Shown here one piece after another: positions 9,328-18,959 of a DNA stretch of 56,337 nucleotides. The stretch is taken from positions 1 through 56,337 of IMG/VR virus record IMGVR_UViG_3300010354_000005; one strand, 5' to 3'. The notes beneath the pieces were generated by a model, which saw only the letters and a list, made by a program, of their open reading frames with translations, was not told the DNA's origin and did not search any database. The first letter of the stretch is position 1, and the number at the start of each line of letters is the position of its first letter. A program made the position numbers and the translations under genes. The DNA is from a virus (Duplodnaviria > Caudoviricetes).

Positions 9328-9584
9328 AGAAAGACTCTAGGCTAGAAAGAGCTGGGGTCTCTGGTTACAACAAACCCAAGAGAACGCCAGACCATCCTAC
9401 CAAGTCCCACATCGTTGTGGCAAAGGATGGCGATCAGATCAAGACGATTCGGTTCGGGCAGCAGGGAGTTGTGGGAGACCGACAGCCAACCAAACGTCAA
9501 GCTTCATTCAAAGCACGTCACGCGAAGAATATCGCCAAGGGCAAGATGTCTGCGGCCTATTGGGCAGACAAAGTTAAATGGTGA
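9324..9584 (+). CDS. Small basic protein (IRFGQQG...SFKARH...SAAYWA)
   Basis: 86 aa, translationally coupled; motif pattern of a common phage hypothetical family. Confidence 0.75.
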   Translation: MKKDSRLERAGVSGYNKPKRTPDHPTKSHIVVAKDGDQIKTIRFGQQGVVGDRQPTKRQASFKARHAKNIAKGKMSAAYWADKVKW

Positions 9585-9589
9585 GATAG

Positions 9590-9913
9590 ATGTCTACATT
9601 CCAACAAGTAATCGATGATGCGCGAGTAACGCTCAACGATGAGGATGCTGTTCGTTATACAACCCCTCAGTTGATGTCGTATTGCAATGATGGCATTCAG
9701 GAGATGTACCGTATTCGCCCCGACTTCTTGTTTGGTAATTACACAGCAGCTACCGTTACATACGTCGAGAGCGACAACCTCCCAATCACAGCTCAGTACC
9801 AGAACCTCTTACATCTTTATGTAGTGTTCCGAGCAGAGCTGCGTGATGATGAGTACTCCGCTGAGAGTCGCGCCGGCGCAATGCGTAGCCTGTTCCAAGG
9901 GAGTCTTACATAA
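9590..9913 (+). CDS. Probable head-tail adaptor protein
   Basis: 107-aa helical protein after the capsid genes; positional inference. Confidence 0.55.
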   Translation: MSTFQQVIDDARVTLNDEDAVRYTTPQLMSYCNDGIQEMYRIRPDFLFGNYTAATVTYVESDNLPITAQYQNLLHLYVVFRAELRDDEYSAESRAGAMRSLFQGSLT

Positions 9914-10563
9914 TGAAAAATCACGATAAGTTCCTTGATTATGTAATGCCTCATGTCCCAGGATGCAATGTCAACTTGGCACTACACGAAGTCAAAAGCA
10001 CCATCATTGATTTCTGCGAGAAGAGCTTTATTCTTCAGGAGACGCTGGATCCTATTACCACAATTGAGAACATCCCTGACTACGATCTTGAGCCATCCAA
10101 GGACAGGATAGTAGTTAAGATTCTAAAGGGCTGGTTCAAGAACGCAAGACTATCGCCAGAGAGCGTAGATGAAATAGATAAGCCTTCCATCTACAACCAG
10201 ACGATTGCCGACGTTACTACCACCAAGGGCGACCCGAAAATCTTTACGCAAAAAGATCCGCGTACATTCTCGCTGTACCCTATACCGAACGAAACTGTGG
10301 CGAACTCTATAACCCTGCGCGTTGCAGTGAAGCCAACAAGATCGGTGGATACGATTGACGATTTTATCTACGAAGATTACGCGGAAACAATCGCTCACGG
10401 CACAATAGCTCGGCTTTGTCTCTCGCCAGATAAGCCGTACTACAACGAGAAGTTGGCTGTAGCAAGGGAGGCCCTGTATCGTGCTGGCCTGAATGTGGCG
10501 CGTGACCGTGCGCTCAAGGCGTTCGTGCGCGTCAACAAACAAGTGAAGATACGGAGAGTCTAA
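9913..10563 (+). CDS. Probable tail adaptor/structural protein
   Basis: 216 aa; FSLYPIP motif resembles podovirus adaptors; position. Confidence 0.55.
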   Translation: MKNHDKFLDYVMPHVPGCNVNLALHEVKSTIIDFCEKSFILQETLDPITTIENIPDYDLEPSKDRIVVKILKGWFKNARLSPESVDEIDKPSIYNQTIADVTTTKGDPKIFTQKDPRTFSLYPIPNETVANSITLRVAVKPTRSVDTIDDFIYEDYAETIAHGTIARLCLSPDKPYYNEKLAVAREALYRAGLNVARDRALKAFVRVNKQVKIRRV

Positions 10564-10895
10564 TGGCAGACAAAATTAAATTAGTTCAAGGGGACACACG
10601 GCCTACCCTTATCTGCACCTTGACAGATGAGACTACGGGCGACCCGATCAACATCACTGATGCTACCGTTCTCCTGAAGTTCCGTCAGGTTGGATCTACC
10701 ACTCTGACCGCAACCATAACGGGAAGCGTTACTAATGGAGCTGGTGGCGTTGTAGCATTCTTCTGGACTGATGATCCTACTGCTCTTGATGGCCCGCCCG
10801 GAGAGTACGAGGGTGAGATCGAGATCACGTTTAGTGACAGCAGCATCCAGACTGTGTACGACTTACTAAAGTTCAAACTACGTTCGGAGTTCTAA
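10563..10895 (+). CDS. BppU-like Ig-fold tail protein
   Basis: QGDT...PINIT.ATV...GEYEGEIEITF pattern. Confidence 0.6.
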   Translation: MADKIKLVQGDTRPTLICTLTDETTGDPINITDATVLLKFRQVGSTTLTATITGSVTNGAGGVVAFFWTDDPTALDGPPGEYEGEIEITFSDSSIQTVYDLLKFKLRSEF

Positions 10896-10896
10896 A

Positions 10897-11913
10897 ATGG
10901 CAAGAGTGACGGTTTCGTCCGTCCTCGCCTCTGCCCTTTCAGCGGAAGTTGAAGTAGTAAGCAGCATCTCCGTAGAAGCCATCAACGTAGTTGTTGAGAG
11001 GGTTCTTGTTCAATCCGCTGTGGCGGCGGGATACGCTACTGCTACGGTGTCTAGGGTAATACCAGAGGCGCTGGTCGAGTACGTTCTAGCAGAAGCCACC
11101 GCATACCTCGATGAAGAGGGCTGGTGGAAAAAGTTCAAGGACACCGTTGGGGCAACAGACCTCATATCTGTATCGGTATCCAAAACACTTACTGACAGCA
11201 CTGGCGCAACAGATAGTGCCACGCTGGGTGTTGGCAAGGGTCTTACTGACTCTGTGAGCGTGACAGAAAGCATAACAGTCACACTCGTTATTCTTCGAGA
11301 CTTCTTCGAAACGGTTACTGCAACCGACGCTGTTCAATCAATTGATATGGCGAAGGCGCTGACCGATACGGCAACCGCAACAGAAGCGGCGCAAAAAGAT
11401 TTCTCAAAAGCCCTAACAGACCAAGCAACATTAACGGATGCTGCGGCGCTCTTGATGAGCAAACCGCTGGCAGACAGCGTTACGCCTTCTGACGATTCTT
11501 ACTGGTCTTACGTCAAGGCACTGTCCGATGCGGTTGATGCGGCTGATGCAATAGCCTCCTTTGATATAACGAAGAGTCTATTGGACAGCGTATCTGCCAC
11601 AGAGGCAAAAGCTATCGACTTAAGCAAACCTTTGTCCGATAGTGTTTCACCAACCGACCTGTTTGCGAGAGTAGTAACTTTCAACAGGACGTTTACCGAT
11701 ACTGCTGTGGTGACTGAGGCGCTGAACCACGCGTTTAGCAAATCGTTGCAGGATTCGGCTACCCCATCTGAATCTGCTGCAATAGCCTTTACAAAAGCAG
11801 CAACAGATAGTGTCACCGTAACAGACAGCATTATCTCTATTGTAATAGTGAGTGGTGCAACACAACTAGTCAACAGCTTCCCGCTGAATGTATTCACATT
11901 AAATGGCCCGTAA
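10897..11913 (+). CDS. Repeat-containing tail/fibre protein
   Basis: About 13 tandem 18-20-aa repeats of the form KxLxDSVxxTD. Confidence 0.7.
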   Translation: MARVTVSSVLASALSAEVEVVSSISVEAINVVVERVLVQSAVAAGYATATVSRVIPEALVEYVLAEATAYLDEEGWWKKFKDTVGATDLISVSVSKTLTDSTGATDSATLGVGKGLTDSVSVTESITVTLVILRDFFETVTATDAVQSIDMAKALTDTATATEAAQKDFSKALTDQATLTDAAALLMSKPLADSVTPSDDSYWSYVKALSDAVDAADAIASFDITKSLLDSVSATEAKAIDLSKPLSDSVSPTDLFARVVTFNRTFTDTAVVTEALNHAFSKSLQDSATPSESAAIAFTKAATDSVTVTDSIISIVIVSGATQLVNSFPLNVFTLNGP

Positions 11914-11923
11914 GGAGAACCAG

Positions 11924-12370
11924 ATGCAAGCCAAAGAACTTATCTCTGTCAAAGGTCGCCTGAAGATCCACGTTTTCGACGCGGAAACTCTTGAGACCAA
12001 AGACTACTTCGAAGTCGATAACCTAGTCGTAGACGCTGGTCTTGACTATATCGCTTCCCGTATGAAAGACGCAACCGCAACAGCTATGAGTCACATGGCC
12101 GTAGGTAGCGACAACACTGCTGCTGCCGCAGGTCAAACCGCACTAGGCTCAGAGCTTGGCCGGGTTGCCCTAACGAGCACTACCGTTACTTCCAATGTTG
12201 TTGAGTACATCGCCACCTTCGGCGCAGGTACCGCAACTGGCGCAATCGTAGAAGCCGGCATATTCAACGATGGTGTGGCTGGCACAATGCTTTGCCGTAC
12301 TGTCTTTTCCGTAGTGAACAAAGGCGCTGCTGACGCAATGACTATCACTTGGGAAGTCACCGTAGCCTAA
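11924..12370 (+). CDS. Tail/baseplate-type structural protein
   Basis: NLVVDAG...MAVG...EAGIF...MLCR pattern of tail-collar/fibre-base proteins; SD AAGGAG. Confidence 0.65.
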   Translation: MQAKELISVKGRLKIHVFDAETLETKDYFEVDNLVVDAGLDYIASRMKDATATAMSHMAVGSDNTAAAAGQTALGSELGRVALTSTTVTSNVVEYIATFGAGTATGAIVEAGIFNDGVAGTMLCRTVFSVVNKGAADAMTITWEVTVA

Positions 12371-12382
12371 TAGGAGAATCCA

Positions 12383-13669
12383 ATGACTGTTAAGTGGACT
12401 AACAATGCGACGACCACGATAGCATCGGGTATATCTTCTGGGGATACTTCGATAACTCTTGCTGGTAGTACGGGCGCATTGTTCCCAACTCTGGGTGCTG
12501 GTGATTATTTCTACGGCACCCTGAACAACGCTAATAACGACATAGAGATCGTCAAGGTTACTGGTCGTTCAGGCGATGTTCTAACTGTTGTGCGCGGGCA
12601 AGAGGGCACGTCTGCTGCTGCTTGGATTGGCGGCGACAAGTTCGAACTTCGTCCTACTGCTGCTGGCTTCACTGATGCTGCCGCTGGCGAGAACATTGTT
12701 GACTTGGCAGTTGCTAAGGGCGGTACTGGCGCAGACAACGCTCTGGACGCTCGTATCAATCTGGACGCTGCACAAGACCCAGACACCAACGGCTTCATAG
12801 TTCGTAACGGCGACCACGTTTCAGTTTCACGTTCGATAACTGCTGGCGATGGTATCACTGTAACCAATGGTGATGGTCAAGCTGGCAACGTAGAGATCGA
12901 TAACACTGGCGTGCTTGCTCTGACTCAGGGCACTGGCATAACCATCAGCGGAACCAATGCCAATAAGACAATCACCAATGCTGGTGTGACTAGCTTCAAC
13001 GGATCGACAGGTGATATCACTTTTACATCTGATCCTCCGCAGTTAGTTGTATTTACTGCAAGCGGTACTTGGACAAAAGACCCCGGCCTGAAAGCTGTAA
13101 TTGCTGAGGTCATTGGCGCTGGTGGTGGTGCCTCTACTCGCGGTGCTGTTGGTAAGACAACTATTGCTGGTGCTGGTGGTGGCGGTGGTGGCTATGCGCG
13201 CAAAAGAATTGCTGAGGCATCCCTTGGTGCAACTGAGACCGTTACGATTGGCACTGGCGGTACTGCTTCCAAGACGGGCACAACCAATACTGATGGTAGC
13301 TCTGGCGGCACTTCTTCGTTTGGTTCGCACTGCTCTGCTACTGGCGGAACTGGTGGTCAAAAGTATGACGGAGCTGCACCCGCTACTACATCGTCTGTTG
13401 GCGGCACTGGTGGTACTGGATCTAACGGCGATGTCAATGTTCAGGGAGCTAAAGCACCAGACGTATTAACCACCCTAGCTGGTGATGGTGGCTTAGCTGC
13501 TCTTGGATTCGGAGCTGGTGGAGCTGGTGCTAAGACAACTGGAACCGCAATAACCAACGGCAGTAACGGCAATCTATACGGCGGTGGCGGCGGCGGAGGT
13601 TTCGCTAGCGGCACCAACAACGCTGGATCTGGCGCAGATGGTCTTGTGCTAGTATGGGAATTCTACTAA
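12383..13669 (+). CDS. Tail fibre protein with glycine-rich C-terminal domain
   Basis: N-terminal EIVKVT...LTVVRGQEGT; C-terminal FTASGTW...GGGGGG domain. Confidence 0.8.
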   Translation: MTVKWTNNATTTIASGISSGDTSITLAGSTGALFPTLGAGDYFYGTLNNANNDIEIVKVTGRSGDVLTVVRGQEGTSAAAWIGGDKFELRPTAAGFTDAAAGENIVDLAVAKGGTGADNALDARINLDAAQDPDTNGFIVRNGDHVSVSRSITAGDGITVTNGDGQAGNVEIDNTGVLALTQGTGITISGTNANKTITNAGVTSFNGSTGDITFTSDPPQLVVFTASGTWTKDPGLKAVIAEVIGAGGGASTRGAVGKTTIAGAGGGGGGYARKRIAEASLGATETVTIGTGGTASKTGTTNTDGSSGGTSSFGSHCSATGGTGGQKYDGAAPATTSSVGGTGGTGSNGDVNVQGAKAPDVLTTLAGDGGLAALGFGAGGAGAKTTGTAITNGSNGNLYGGGGGGGFASGTNNAGSGADGLVLVWEFY

Positions 13670-13681
13670 TCGAGGGTCATT

Positions 13682-13885
13682 ATGAAAGCACTAATATCCC
13701 CCAATGAGCCAAGAGGTGAAGGACTTCGGGTGGCAGAGGTTATGCCATCCGAGTTCCCTGTCGCTGAGCCGTTGTTTTGGGTTGACTGCCCTGACGAGGT
13801 TGTTGCCGACATGTGGATCTACCTATGGCAGACAGGCACGTTTGAACAGATCAGATTTGCCGAAGAAGAACCGGAGGTCTTATAA
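13682..13885 (+). CDS. Probable tail-fibre-associated small protein
   Basis: 67 aa (FPVAEPLFWVDC) directly after the fibre gene. Confidence 0.6.
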   Translation: MKALISPNEPRGEGLRVAEVMPSEFPVAEPLFWVDCPDEVVADMWIYLWQTGTFEQIRFAEEEPEVL

Positions 13886-14406
13886 TGAAGATGGATAGCT
13901 TTCGTTGTCACGGCTATGTTATAGTCAGGACTACGTTTCGTCGTGGTGAGGTAGTTAACGACGAAGCATTGTCGTCCAATTACTTTACGGTGGAGCAAGA
14001 TGGTTCTCTTCAAGGTTCGGGCTTCTATCACTGGTTTCTGGCCTCAGGTCATCACACACATGAGAATCTCGAAACTGGCGCGGTCGTTGACCAACATCGC
14101 GGCTGGAACACCAAAGACTTCCCATTGGTTGCTGGCGAATATAAATTGGAGGTTAGAGATCCATCAGTAGTGTGGTGCCTCAACACCAAGGCCAACGATT
14201 CACTGCCTGACTTTGACTTCCATCATGTCAAGATGGACGAGGGTTATGTAGACCACACCTTCAACGATGGAGACAAGATCTTCCTGATGGATGGCGGCTT
14301 TATGATTAACGGCAAGGAAATCAACGGCCCGCAACAGATCCGGTTCGTTGGCACCAAGCAGGTTACGTTCCATAAAGACAGCATGTGGATCCTTGTGAAA
14401 GGTTAA
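13885..14406 (+). CDS. Hypothetical protein, possibly cupin-like
   Basis: 173 aa, beta-rich, translationally coupled. Confidence 0.6.
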   Translation: MKMDSFRCHGYVIVRTTFRRGEVVNDEALSSNYFTVEQDGSLQGSGFYHWFLASGHHTHENLETGAVVDQHRGWNTKDFPLVAGEYKLEVRDPSVVWCLNTKANDSLPDFDFHHVKMDEGYVDHTFNDGDKIFLMDGGFMINGKEINGPQQIRFVGTKQVTFHKDSMWILVKG

Positions 14407-14407
14407 T

Positions 14408-14947
14408 GTGTCAAAGTATTTCAAAAAGCTGGCGCTCCCTCAATTATGGGATGTTGAGCTGAACCCGGACAATCTCGAACCTCTGCAAACATACGACAAG
14501 TTTCAGAAGTTTGGGATTACCGCGGTCAAGCAATTTGAATGCTACGCACTTCATGTGGCCACATCCTATAAGGCTAGACCTCAGGATGTCATTAAGGCAA
14601 CAAGGTTCCTGCCCCGAGAGCTTCTCCGATTGGAAGAGCCTGAAGGGTGGGTTCTGTCTATGCAAGGTGATGGGTATCTTCCTGCTCATGTTGACAAAGA
14701 CAGGGAATGCACCATAAACTTTTACTTTGACTGCAATGGTCAAGAGTCTCGGTTCTTTGATTACCAGAACAGGGAGTTGACTGTCAAGGACAGATTTGTT
14801 GCTGAGCACGGTGATGTGTACCTGCTCAACGTCAAGGAAGTCCACGATGTCAAGCTATGCCCAGATAGTCCAAGAAAAGTTTTTGGTCTAACCTTCAAGG
14901 ACACGCCTTATGAGACAGTCCTCAGTCTATTGTCAAATAGAGAATAA
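14408..14947 (+). CDS. Putative 2OG-Fe(II) oxygenase-like protein
   Basis: LPAHVD...INFY...YLLNVKEVHDV...R gives an HxD...H facial triad plus distal Arg. Confidence 0.65.
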   Translation: MSKYFKKLALPQLWDVELNPDNLEPLQTYDKFQKFGITAVKQFECYALHVATSYKARPQDVIKATRFLPRELLRLEEPEGWVLSMQGDGYLPAHVDKDRECTINFYFDCNGQESRFFDYQNRELTVKDRFVAEHGDVYLLNVKEVHDVKLCPDSPRKVFGLTFKDTPYETVLSLLSNRE

Positions 14948-15443
14948 GTTTCATGGGCTGGAATCTATGGAAATGATTCATAAGAAAACTTTCCACAGAA
15001 ACCAGCACATGACGCAGGGTGAGAGATGGCACCCCAAGTCAACAGTTGTTCCAGTTGATATGCTGGACATAGCTGGCGACAGAGCAAAAGAATTGCTGTT
15101 CGATCAACTTCCATACGAGTTGTTAAAAGAAAAACCAGAGGTGTGTGTGTTCGAGGTGGTAGTGCCTTGGCATGCTATTCAACCAGTGGTTGCTTGTCAC
15201 GTTGACTTTGGCCGCACGTCTGCGCTCAACTACTTCATTGATACCAACGGAGAGGCTTTTATCTTCGCGGATCAAATGGTAGGATTCACCCCGAAGGACG
15301 GTGATTGCTATATACTTGACGTTACTAAGCCTCACTTTGTAGGGCTGTCTCCCGGGACTGTTCTTAGGGTGCTTAGCTTTAGTTTCGCCAAACTACCATA
15401 CGAAGAACTACGGAGGATGTGTGCATTTGACCTTTGTGAATGA
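14910..15443 (+). CDS. Second 2OG-Fe(II) oxygenase-like protein (start uncertain)
   Basis: CHVD...ALNY...YILDVTKPHFV...R. Confidence 0.6.
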   Translation: MRQSSVYCQIENKFHGLESMEMIHKKTFHRNQHMTQGERWHPKSTVVPVDMLDIAGDRAKELLFDQLPYELLKEKPEVCVFEVVVPWHAIQPVVACHVDFGRTSALNYFIDTNGEAFIFADQMVGFTPKDGDCYILDVTKPHFVGLSPGTVLRVLSFSFAKLPYEELRRMCAFDLCE

Positions 15444-16137
15444 GATTGATCGTGTTGCTGACATCTACCCGATAGAACGGGCACAAGATATTTCTTACAA
15501 GTGGCTGAACAGACTGCGGGAAGATTTCCGAAACGTAAGCAAGAAGTCTGGCTACAAAACATTTCCTGTCAACCATGCGGCTAGGTGTCCCGGCATATTC
15601 AACTTGCTGCGGCAAGGCTGGGTTATGCGAACCTATACGGACATAACCATAGAAAGAATTGGCGATGGTTTCGAGTGGAGAACTCCGCATGATTGGGGGC
15701 ACCCTGTCGTGGACTTCTTCCATGAGGAAAACTTAGTTAGGCACTTCGATGATTGGCCTCAACATTCATTGAGACATGTATTGAAGTACAACAGCGGGTG
15801 GCGCGTGAACGTCCCCAAAGGATACTACCTTCTTGAGATGGGGATACCGTACCAAGATGATAGTAGGTTTGAGGTGCTGCCCGGAGTCTTTGATAGAAAC
15901 TACGGATGGGCGGCAATGAACCCATTCTTCCGGTGGAACGGCGCAGACGGTGAGAAGTTGCTGATCCCTGCTGGGACTCCAATAGCTCAATACATCCTTG
16001 TTCCAAAAGACGAGGTGAGCTTTAGTTGTGAGAACTACAATCCCAACAAGCACCGAGACACACGCGCACTTGATTGGATAAAGCAAACCAAGTTTGTCCA
16101 AGACTTCGCTCATTGGAGGAAAACTTTCGGAGACTAG
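15421..16137 (+). CDS. Hypothetical protein, dUTPase-like beta-clip/DUF6065-like
   Basis: RCPGI...GW...IPAGTPIAQ pattern; SD GGAGG before GTG. Confidence 0.55.
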   Translation: MHLTFVNEIDRVADIYPIERAQDISYKWLNRLREDFRNVSKKSGYKTFPVNHAARCPGIFNLLRQGWVMRTYTDITIERIGDGFEWRTPHDWGHPVVDFFHEENLVRHFDDWPQHSLRHVLKYNSGWRVNVPKGYYLLEMGIPYQDDSRFEVLPGVFDRNYGWAAMNPFFRWNGADGEKLLIPAGTPIAQYILVPKDEVSFSCENYNPNKHRDTRALDWIKQTKFVQDFAHWRKTFGD

Positions 16138-16138
16138 A

Positions 16139-16660
16139 ATGATTGAAGCCGCAGTGTTGTTTGCGGTCTTTGAGGGAGCACAAGCAGCAGTCAAGGGAGT
16201 CAAGGCCGCTGTTCAGTTAGGCAAAGAGGTGCGTGAGGTCTACAAGGATCTCAGCACCTTTTTTCATGCCCAAGGCCAAATCGAAGTCGCATACCAGAAG
16301 TCGCAAGCTGGTGTACCAACAGTAGAAGAAGATGGAAGAACCGCAACACAAAAGGCACTAGACATTGTATTCATGCGTCGAGAGATGATCCGCATGGAAG
16401 TTGAGCTACGGGAGACTTTGATCTACGGCTTCAACGAGTCTGGCCTGTATGACGAGATGTGCAAGGAGCGCGCAAAGATAATTGCGGCAGAGCAAGATGC
16501 TATACGAGATGCAAGACTAAAGCAGCAAAGAATAGAAAGCGAAGCCAAGCGCAAGAAAGCAAGACAGATGGAGATAGCTTGGGGAATAGTTGGAGGCTTT
16601 GTTGGTCTTGCAATATTTGCATTTATTATCTGGATGTTTACGCAAGGAGGCAAGTGGTGA
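16139..16660 (+). CDS. Coiled-coil protein with C-terminal transmembrane helix
   Basis: Hydrophobic C-terminus; upstream of the holin. Confidence 0.7.
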   Translation: MIEAAVLFAVFEGAQAAVKGVKAAVQLGKEVREVYKDLSTFFHAQGQIEVAYQKSQAGVPTVEEDGRTATQKALDIVFMRREMIRMEVELRETLIYGFNESGLYDEMCKERAKIIAAEQDAIRDARLKQQRIESEAKRKKARQMEIAWGIVGGFVGLAIFAFIIWMFTQGGKW

Positions 16661-16944
16661 TGACAAAATGGTTCGGTGAAGATTGGATGACTACTAAGTG
16701 GCGACCCATGATGGCAATCGTCTACATGATAATCAACCTAGCAGACTTCCTTATCTTCCCTATCATTTGGTCTTTACTGCAAATCCACGGCAAGGGCGAA
16801 GTTGCGCAGCAGTGGGTTCCGCTCACCCTATCTAATGGCGGTCTGTTCCACATGGCGTTTGGTGCCGTGCTTGGGGTTGCCGCATTTACCCGCGGCCAAG
16901 AGAAAATAGAGAAAGTCAAAAATGCCAACTTGGATACTCAATAA
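16660..16944 (+). CDS. Holin (GTA 3TM-holin-like)
   Basis: WRPMMA...FHMAFGAVLG..A..RGQEK with hydrophobic helices, inside the lysis cassette. Confidence 0.75.
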   Translation: MTKWFGEDWMTTKWRPMMAIVYMIINLADFLIFPIIWSLLQIHGKGEVAQQWVPLTLSNGGLFHMAFGAVLGVAAFTRGQEKIEKVKNANLDTQ

Positions 16945-17419
16945 ATGGACATGGATCGGCGTGGCAATGATTGCCCTATTTGCAACGGGCTGGTGGCTAG
17001 GGGATTCTCTGAAACAGGGAGAGTGGGATGCTGCAAGGGTCAAGGAGGCGGAAGCTGTGGCTGTGGCAGTAAAAGAAGCCCACGACAAAGCGATGTCCAA
17101 GGAACGCGAACTGACCCAAAAGTTGAACAGCCAATCGAAACAATACCAAACAAAACTACAGGAGAAGGATCGTGAAAAAGCTGCTGCTCTTGAGCGTTTT
17201 CGTTCTGACGGGTTGCGCATCAGCGTCGAAGCCAGTGCTGGTCAAGACGGAGTGTCCGGTGATCCCGCCAATTCCTGCCGATGTGATGGTGGAACGACAG
17301 CCAAACTTTCTGATGAGGTTGCCCAGCGACTTGTTGAACGAAGGACAGAAGCCGACAAAATAGTAGAGCAGTTAACTGCTTGCCAAGGAATTCTAAGGGA
17401 AATAACAAATGGTAAATAG
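16922..17419 (+). CDS. Inner-membrane spanin (Rz-like)
   Basis: N-terminal transmembrane helix, coiled coil, C-terminal LTACQ. Confidence 0.8.
   Translation: MPTWILNKWTWIGVAMIALFATGWWLGDSLKQGEWDAARVKEAEAVAVAVKEAHDKAMSKERELTQKLNSQSKQYQTKLQEKDREKAAALERFRSDGLRISVEASAGQDGVSGDPANSCRCDGGTTAKLSDEVAQRLVERRTEADKIVEQLTACQGILREITNGK
17172..17363 (+). CDS. Outer-membrane lipoprotein spanin (Rz1-like), nested in Rz
   Basis: +1 frame, SD AAGGA, lipobox VLTGC, Pro-rich. Confidence 0.8.
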   Translation: MKKLLLLSVFVLTGCASASKPVLVKTECPVIPPIPADVMVERQPNFLMRLPSDLLNEGQKPTK

Positions 17420-17828
17420 TCGAAAGATTGACGATCTGCTACCCGTTGTTCAATCTAGGGTAAGAAAGTTTTTGGAACTGTGTCACGAAAATGACATAGA
17501 TCTTTTGATAACATCTACCTTCCGCGACAACGAAAGCCAGAACGCTCTATACGCTCAAGGCAGAACAGCGCCCGGGAAAATTGTAACCAATGCAAAGGCT
17601 GGAGAAAGTTGGCATAATTATAGGTGCGCAGTAGATGTGGTACCATTGCGTAATGGTAAGCCAGTGTGGGATGGAAAAGATTCCGTATGGCAAACCGTGG
17701 GCGAGTTGGGTAAACAAGCGGGCTTAGAGTGGGCTGGCGATTGGAAGAAATTCAAAGAGCTGGCACATTTCCAATACACGGGCGGAAAGACTATGGCCCA
17801 ACTCAGAATGGGTGAGGTGATAGCATGA
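17409..17828 (+). CDS. Endolysin, M15-family L-Ala-D-Glu peptidase
   Basis: R...Q..LYAQGRT, SWHNY..AVD, WAGDW...ELAHFQ. Confidence 0.9.
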   Translation: MVNSRKIDDLLPVVQSRVRKFLELCHENDIDLLITSTFRDNESQNALYAQGRTAPGKIVTNAKAGESWHNYRCAVDVVPLRNGKPVWDGKDSVWQTVGELGKQAGLEWAGDWKKFKELAHFQYTGGKTMAQLRMGEVIA

Positions 17829-18001
17829 GCGATGAATTGCAAATAGAAGTACAACGAGAACTTGAACGGCACTCTAACAAGATTGACCAAATAGAGAAAG
17901 AGTTGTGCAATATAAAGAAGTTGATGTACACAGTCATCGCCGTGTCATTAGGTTCGCCACACATAGGTGCAATTGGAGAAGTACTCAAGCACCTCGTATA
18001 A
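17825..18001 (+). CDS. Small coiled-coil/membrane protein (58 aa); not in the ORF track
   Basis: ATGA overlap with the endolysin; MSDELQIEVQRE...LMYTVIAVSLG. Confidence 0.6.
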   Translation: MSDELQIEVQRELERHSNKIDQIEKELCNIKKLMYTVIAVSLGSPHIGAIGEVLKHLV

Positions 18002-18012
18002 GGAGTGCCTTT

Positions 18013-18948
18013 ATGCTTAAGGTCAGCGACCAAGAGTTTATATCCGCATGGGACAGACTCAAGAGTGCTGCTAAGGTAGCAAAAGCTTTTGATATGAACG
18101 TCCGATCTGTTTACCGCAGACGGAAGAGTATGGAGGGGAAGATTGATCGACCACTAACCAGTGACGATCCAAGATCCCCCACATTCACTGTTAGGGAGCA
18201 CTCGCCTAGAGTTGATTGCGAGCTTGCTAATGGGGTAATCATTGTGGCATCTGACGCACACTATTGGCCGGGAGTTGAAAGTACCGCGCACAAAGCGTTG
18301 CTGAAAGTTGTTGATGACCTCAAGCCATCCATGATCGTTATGAACGGCGATCTGTTCGATGGTTCCTCTATTAGCAGATTCCCCAAGATGGGATGGGGAA
18401 GAACACCCACAGTGAAAGAAGAACTCCAAGCTGTTGCTGAGCGACTAGCAGAAGTTGAGGCTGTTGCAGGTAACGCTAAGCTCTGGTGGACGATGGGCAA
18501 TCACGACATGCGCTTCGAGGCGCGGTTGGCTCAGGCTGTCCCAGAGTACGAGGGAATCGGGGGCTTCACTCTAAAAGATCATTTCCCCAACTGGAACCAC
18601 AGCATTAGTTTGTTCGTTAATGACAACCTAATGATTAAGCACAGGTTCCGTAACGGGGTACATGCAACGTGGAATAACACGCTCTACAGTGGAGTGTCAA
18701 TGTGTACCGGCCACCTTCATAGGTTGCAAGCCACATTGTTCACGGACTACAAAGGAACTCGCTGGGGCATAGACAGTGGCACCCTAGCCGAGATAGATGG
18801 CGACCACATGCACTACGGTGAGGACAACCCAATGAATCATTGCTCTGGGTTTGCTGTCCTAACAATAGTAGATCATGAGCTTATCTATCCTGAGTTCTGC
18901 TCTGTTCATAACGAGCGCGCGTTCTTCCGGGGCAAGCTTATCGAATAA
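18013..18948 (+). CDS. Calcineurin-like metallophosphoesterase with N-terminal HTH
   Basis: SDAH, GDLFD, GNHD and GHLH motifs; SD AAGGAG. Confidence 0.88.
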   Translation: MLKVSDQEFISAWDRLKSAAKVAKAFDMNVRSVYRRRKSMEGKIDRPLTSDDPRSPTFTVREHSPRVDCELANGVIIVASDAHYWPGVESTAHKALLKVVDDLKPSMIVMNGDLFDGSSISRFPKMGWGRTPTVKEELQAVAERLAEVEAVAGNAKLWWTMGNHDMRFEARLAQAVPEYEGIGGFTLKDHFPNWNHSISLFVNDNLMIKHRFRNGVHATWNNTLYSGVSMCTGHLHRLQATLFTDYKGTRWGIDSGTLAEIDGDHMHYGEDNPMNHCSGFAVLTIVDHELIYPEFCSVHNERAFFRGKLIE

Positions 18949-18959
18949 AGGAAAAGTAA

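Noticed and set aside
12383-13669. Diversity-generating retroelement or invertible fibre switch
   Set aside because: No reverse transcriptase, invertase or template/variable repeat pair was seen.
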